A stretch of 64,000 nucleotides of DNA from a virus: UHGV virus genome UHGV-0010228. One strand, written 5' to 3'. Below, one piece after another: positions 59,889-64,000 of this stretch; within the stretch, counting starts at the first letter, position 1; every line of letters begins with the position of its first letter. The notes under the pieces are model-generated. The model ran no database searches, had not been told where the DNA came from, and saw only the letters and a program-made list of their open reading frames with translations. The position numbers were made by a program, and so were the translations under genes.

Positions 59889-61016
59889 CTACTCTGTAGC
59901 TGCTAACTCCAGAGCTTTTGTAATGGTTGTATCAACCATTATCTGTCTAAGCTCTGGAGTTATACCCGCTCCAGCGGCCTTCTTGTGGCCACCTCCGAGC
60001 GGGTTGAATGCCTTAGCTATTATGCTAAGGTCGATATCGTCTCTCTCAGTCCTGAGACTGATGGCGTTGTCGCCAATAATTGCGACAAAATCCAGCTCAG
60101 GATAAATTGCCATGAGCTCATGCCCCACATCGTTCATGAGCTTTTCCGCGAACACTGCGCGGAACTTGTACTCGTGGCCATTAATAGTCGCACTACGTTC
60201 GAAGCTCTTCTCGAGCTTCTTTTCAACGTAGTCAGCGTCCTGTTTAAGAACATTGATTACGAGTGATTTATAAATTCCATCGTGAATATTGTTGAGACCA
60301 TATATTATTAAATCATTCATACTTCTTGGTGGTTTATTGATCTCATATGTTGCATATATGAGATCAATAAAGTTTCTACCGACATCACCACCCAAATGAT
60401 ACACCGTATTTAGCAATTGGGCCGAGTGATAAATTTTTGAATTTAGCCCTAATCCAGCAAACGAAATATTGTTTACGGGATCTTTTTTGAATTCATATGT
60501 ATCATACATACGAATCATTTCGGAAACTAAGTCTCCGATTTCAAAGAAGATGTCGATATTCTCAATATCAACATATCGTAAAACCCCCCATACCAGGCTT
60601 GTAGCGCATATCGGCTCACCTTCGTATGATGAGAGGATGCAACTGTTTTCCTCCCACCACATATTGTCCCAGTCTACCTGGGTCTGGTGGTGATCTATCC
60701 AGATCACCTTATCCAGATGACCTGAGTTACTCAGGAGATCATATGCCTCCTGAGTCAAATTTAGATCTGTTACTACTAACAGATCTAAATCTGCGCTCTC
60801 AAATAATTCGAGAGCTTTTTCAAGGCTCTCGATTAATGGCTTGCCTGGGTTTGATCTATCCCAGGTATGAGTTTTTTCCATGAAAGCCTGTTTAAACAGG
60901 CTTTCGCACCCATATCCGTCAAGATCTGTATGCGAAATAGTATGGATTCTTTCTGGTGGATTCTCCACCATTTCAATAAGCTTTGACGAATATATATTCA
61001 TTTCTCTGTAATCCAT
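59889..61016 (-). CDS. DHH/DHHA1-family phosphoesterase (NrnA-like nanoRNase/pAp phosphatase fold)
   Basis: 375 aa. DHH motif VIWIDHHQTQ. DHHA1 motif GGGHKKAAGAG near the C-terminus. Asp-rich metal-site segments HTDLDGYGC and VVTDLN. The gene is a mosaic of GC-rich (~45%) and AT-rich segments. Confidence 0.8.
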   Translation of the reverse strand: MDYREMNIYSSKLIEMVENPPERIHTISHTDLDGYGCESLFKQAFMEKTHTWDRSNPGKPLIESLEKALELFESADLDLLVVTDLNLTQEAYDLLSNSGHLDKVIWIDHHQTQVDWDNMWWEENSCILSSYEGEPICATSLVWGVLRYVDIENIDIFFEIGDLVSEMIRMYDTYEFKKDPVNNISFAGLGLNSKIYHSAQLLNTVYHLGGDVGRNFIDLIYATYEINKPPRSMNDLIIYGLNNIHDGIYKSLVINVLKQDADYVEKKLEKSFERSATINGHEYKFRAVFAEKLMNDVGHELMAIYPELDFVAIIGDNAISLRTERDDIDLSIIAKAFNPLGGGHKKAAGAGITPELRQIMVDTTITKALELAATE

Positions 61017-61110
61017 AGTTTTATCCTCCTTATAATAACTATGTAGCTTTAACTTTTCAATATAATAATATATTTATTAAAAAAAAACAAATTTCGGTAT
61101 ATTATCCACC

Positions 61111-61128
61111 CCAAAACACGATAATAAA
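61111..61128 (+). promoter_or_regulatory. conserved fibre-gene upstream motif CCAAAACACGATAATAAA
   Basis: See 43155..43172. Here it directly abuts the RBS. Confidence 0.45.
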
Positions 61129-61145
61129 ACGGAGGTGATTAAATT

Positions 61146-64000
61146 ATGGCAGATGAACCTGTAATGTATGATAAAGTATATTATATCCATACTAAATTAA
61201 CAGAAAAATTTCCTATTATTCCATACCGTACAGTTGGTATGATAGATACTGATGATGCTGTATACTGTATGTGCCAAGTAACATCATCAACAGGAAATTA
61301 TGAGATATATAAATTAGATATTCCAAGTGATGGATTAACTCCGATATATGATAGAACCTTAACTTGGAAATCTGCCGCAGTTTTAAGTTATTCAGATTAT
61401 GGTTATATCTATCATTATCAAAAGCCTAATTATTATAGAATGAACGATAAAGATGCTGATTATAAATATTTTATTGTAACCGGTAATAAATTATATTTTA
61501 GCGATGACCCTGTTGGTCCTTTTACTAAAGCAACTGGAGATTTTCTGACTAGTACTGCTCCATCAAATATAGTTTATGCATATTCTAAATATTGTATAAT
61601 TTATCAATATAGATTATACTCTTCAACTGATGGAGTTATTTGGGAAATAGCTAATGCAAATCTCTATGATAAGACAAATTATCAGGGATTATTTATACTC
61701 AATAATCAATTAGTTGCTGCAGTTGTTGGTCTTGAATATTTATATATATTAATCGAAACTACTGGATCGTTACCTGGAACGTGGAAAGAGTATAAATATT
61801 TAAACGACTCTGTTGAAGGTGCATATAAAGGTAATTATATAGAAAGCGTTAATGATTTACTACTTAATGAAATATGTGGTGAAGATATAATTGTAATTAG
61901 TAAAATGTCAAATAATTATTTTAGTTATCAATTTCACCTGGTAAATTTTAAAGATGGATTACCAACAGGTAGTAGCGGGGAGAATTTTTATTCACCACAT
62001 GTTACAGATGCTAATAATGGGTTTTCATTAATTCATTCATCTAAAAGTTATAAGAATGAATATTTCTTATGTTCAGAATCTAAATTGAATGATGTTAAAC
62101 CTGCATTATCAATATATTCAAAATTAGATGCACATAACCAATTTACAGATGTAAGTACTGATACATCTAGTTCTAGTAATAATCTATATACGTTTCAGTT
62201 AGATACGCCTACAGGATTTCATGTATCTAAGAATTGTGATTATGTAATATCATATCCAACTGATTCATCGGAATATATTAAAGAAAAACGAATTATTGAT
62301 GTTGATCCATATATATTTGTAGCTTGTAGTTATAGTGATAAAGGTCTTTATTATTCTAATGATGGTAAATCATGGATTCAATCTAATATAACTAATGGTA
62401 ATTTTCATAATGTATATAATGCTAATGGTATGTGGATAACATGTAGTTATGATAATAATGGTGGTAAAGGACTATATTATTCTACAGATGGTAAAATATG
62501 GACTCAATCTAATATAACTAGTGGAATATTTCATACTATATATAATGCTAATGGCATATGGGTAGCTGGTAGTTATAGTGATAAAGGTCTTTATTATTCT
62601 ACAGATGGTAAAGTATGGACTCAATCTAATATAACCAGTGGTAATTTTAATGATGTATATAATGCTAATGGTATATTTGTAGCATGTAGTTATAGTAGTA
62701 AAGGTCTTTATTATTCTACTGATGGTAAAACATGGACTCAATCTAATATAACTAGTGGTAGTTTTTATGATGTATATAATGCTAATGGCATATGGATTGC
62801 AGGTAGTTATGGTGATAAAGGTCTATATTATTCTACAGATGGTAAAACATGGACTCAATCTAATATAACTAGTGGTAATTTTAGTGGCATATATAATGCT
62901 AATGGCATATGGGTAGCTGGTAATTATAGTAATGGTCTTTATTATTCTACAGATGGTAGAGTATGGACTCAATCTAATATAACCAGTGGTAATTTTAGAC
63001 GAGTATATAATGCTAATGGCATATGGGTAGCTGGTAATTATAGTAATGGTCTTTATTATTCTACAGATGGTAGAGTATGGACTCAATCTAATATAACTAG
63101 TGGTAGTTTTTATGATGTATATAATGCTAATGGCATATGGATTGCAGGTAGTAATAAAGGATTATACTATTCTACAGACGGTAGATCATGGACTCAATCT
63201 AATATAACTAGTAGTAATTTTATTGACATATATAGTACAGTTAATATTATGGTTGGAGGTATTGGTAGTAATGGGCTTTATTATTCCACAGATGGTAAAT
63301 CGTGGATTCAATCTAATATAACTAGTAGATATTTTGAGAATATATATAATGCTAATGGTATATGGGTAGCTTGTAGTGGTAATGGTATTTATTATTCTAC
63401 AGACGGTAAATCATGGAGTCGTGTTTTAAACAAAAGTATTATTAATTCTATATATAATGCTAATGGTATATGGGTAGCTTGTAGTGATAATCATGAAGGT
63501 ATATTCTATTCTACAGATGGTAAAGTATGGACTCAATCTAATATAGATGAGGGATATTTTTATATTGTATATAGTGCTAATGGTATATGGGTAGCCGGTA
63601 GTTCTAATAATATTCTTCCTGGTGGTCTATTCTATTCTACAGATGGTAAAGTATGGACTCAATCTAATTTACATGATGATGCTTTTCATACTGTGTATAA
63701 TGCTAATGGTATATGGGTAGCCGGTAGTTGTAGTAAAGGACTATATTATTCTACAGATAGTAAAACATGGACTCAATCTAATATAACTAGTGGATATTTT
63801 CATACTGTATATAATGCTAATGGTATATGGGTAGCTTGTAGTAGATATGGTCTTTATTATTCTACAGATGGTAAAACATGGACTCAATCTAATATAACTA
63901 GTGATGATTTTAATACTGTATATTATGCTAATGGTATATGGGTAGCTTGTAGTTATAGTAATAATGGTCTATATTATTCTACAGATGGTAAAGTATGGAC
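61146..64000 (+). CDS. 3'-partial tail fibre protein (>951 aa). A distinct N-terminal domain (MADEPVMYDKVYY...), then at least 14 BNR/Asp-box-like 40-aa repeats running off the window edge.
   Basis: RBS ACGGAGGTGA. The frame was checked by eye and has no stop up to 64000. It is absent from the ORF track only because there is no stop in the window. Confidence 0.7.
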   Translation, partial: MADEPVMYDKVYYIHTKLTEKFPIIPYRTVGMIDTDDAVYCMCQVTSSTGNYEIYKLDIPSDGLTPIYDRTLTWKSAAVLSYSDYGYIYHYQKPNYYRMNDKDADYKYFIVTGNKLYFSDDPVGPFTKATGDFLTSTAPSNIVYAYSKYCIIYQYRLYSSTDGVIWEIANANLYDKTNYQGLFILNNQLVAAVVGLEYLYILIETTGSLPGTWKEYKYLNDSVEGAYKGNYIESVNDLLLNEICGEDIIVISKMSNNYFSYQFHLVNFKDGLPTGSSGENFYSPHVTDANNGFSLIHSSKSYKNEYFLCSESKLNDVKPALSIYSKLDAHNQFTDVSTDTSSSSNNLYTFQLDTPTGFHVSKNCDYVISYPTDSSEYIKEKRIIDVDPYIFVACSYSDKGLYYSNDGKSWIQSNITNGNFHNVYNANGMWITCSYDNNGGKGLYYSTDGKIWTQSNITSGIFHTIYNANGIWVAGSYSDKGLYYSTDGKVWTQSNITSGNFNDVYNANGIFVACSYSSKGLYYSTDGKTWTQSNITSGSFYDVYNANGIWIAGSYGDKGLYYSTDGKTWTQSNITSGNFSGIYNANGIWVAGNYSNGLYYSTDGRVWTQSNITSGNFRRVYNANGIWVAGNYSNGLYYSTDGRVWTQSNITSGSFYDVYNANGIWIAGSNKGLYYSTDGRSWTQSNITSSNFIDIYSTVNIMVGGIGSNGLYYSTDGKSWIQSNITSRYFENIYNANGIWVACSGNGIYYSTDGKSWSRVLNKSIINSIYNANGIWVACSDNHEGIFYSTDGKVWTQSNIDEGYFYIVYSANGIWVAGSSNNILPGGLFYSTDGKVWTQSNLHDDAFHTVYNANGIWVAGSCSKGLYYSTDSKTWTQSNITSGYFHTVYNANGIWVACSRYGLYYSTDGKTWTQSNITSDDFNTVYYANGIWVACSYSNNGLYYSTDGKVW
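62320..64000 (+). repeat. tandem ~120-bp coding repeats (at least 14 units), near-identical to those in genes 39919 and 46546
   Basis: Periodic GGTCTTTATTATTCTACAGATGGTAAA(R)(Y)ATGGACTCAATCTAATATAAC... It produces the spurious antisense ORFs 62472..62741 and 62823..63086. Confidence 0.85.

Noticed and set aside
41503-63086. Minus-strand ORFs 41503..41814, 49462..49689, 49744..50172, 52015..52218, 62472..62741 and 62823..63086 (…YFTICRIIKT…)
   Set aside because: These are antisense reading frames through the tandem coding repeats. They are repetitive, lack an RBS, and are wholly contained in much longer sense ORFs.
40990-64000. CRISPR-like arrays suggested by the regular 120-bp periodicity
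   Set aside because: The repeats are in-frame coding units with no unique spacers and no cas genes. They encode the 40-aa BNR-like blades.
1-64000. Alternative genetic code (for example TAG or TGA recoding as in some megaphages)
   Set aside because: Very long ORFs (up to 2153 aa) are intact under the standard code and gene ends coincide with terminator hairpins. Nothing indicates recoding.
39919-64000. Calling the repeats canonical BNR (PF02012) or sialidase domains
   Set aside because: The conserved core here is S-T-D-G-K-T-W, one residue shorter than SxDxGxTW, and no sialidase catalytic residues were identified. Reported as BNR/Asp-box-like pending profile searches.

Overview
This window is an AT-rich (roughly 28-30% GC by eye) stretch of a large tailed-phage genome. 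It uses the standard genetic code and strong GGAGG-type ribosome-binding sites. No tRNA gene or CRISPR array was recognised.

Layout of the window:
- 0-14.4 kb (+ strand): virion/packaging genes. TerL (3017-5338) is followed by five small ORFs, then a tail-sheath gene (9080-10945), a putative tail-tube gene (10966-11898) and an 804-aa putative portal gene (11980-14394). This is the T4-like order terminase, sheath, tube, portal.
- 14.6-21.3 kb (- strand): an oppositely oriented block. It holds a gp25-like baseplate-wedge gene, a 523-aa protein with two CxxC pairs, a PPK1-like polyphosphate kinase gene that lacks the N-terminal region (an unusual phage auxiliary gene), and about seven small transmembrane proteins. 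Two of those are driven by a shared promoter/leader motif.
- 21.4 kb to the window edge: more than 40 kb devoted to putative tail-fibre/adhesin genes. They include proteins of 1033, 605, 604, 595, 620, 672, 847, 2153 and 1424 aa, and a partial ORF of more than 951 aa. Many carry tens of ~40-aa BNR/Asp-box-like repeats (YYSTDGKTWTQSN), YVTN-type propeller repeats, and shared N-terminal anchor and collar motifs. Near-identical ~120-bp units are reused across genes.

The fibre region has a conspicuous repeat architecture. Two convergent Asn/Tyr-rich paralogues are flanked by ~250-bp perfect inverted repeats that include a 71-nt palindrome. A second inverted-repeat pair (MFDLY-family genes plus a promoter/operator-like module) brackets 16.6 kb. 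Identical terminators recur. A motif CAAAACAYCA..TAAA lies upstream of four fibre genes.

Two GC-rich insertions stand out: a 176-aa moron between identical terminators (45894-46424) and a mosaic NrnA-like phosphoesterase gene of the DHH/DHHA1 family (59889-61016, - strand). An XkdW/XkdX-like small gene pair follows the second giant fibre gene.
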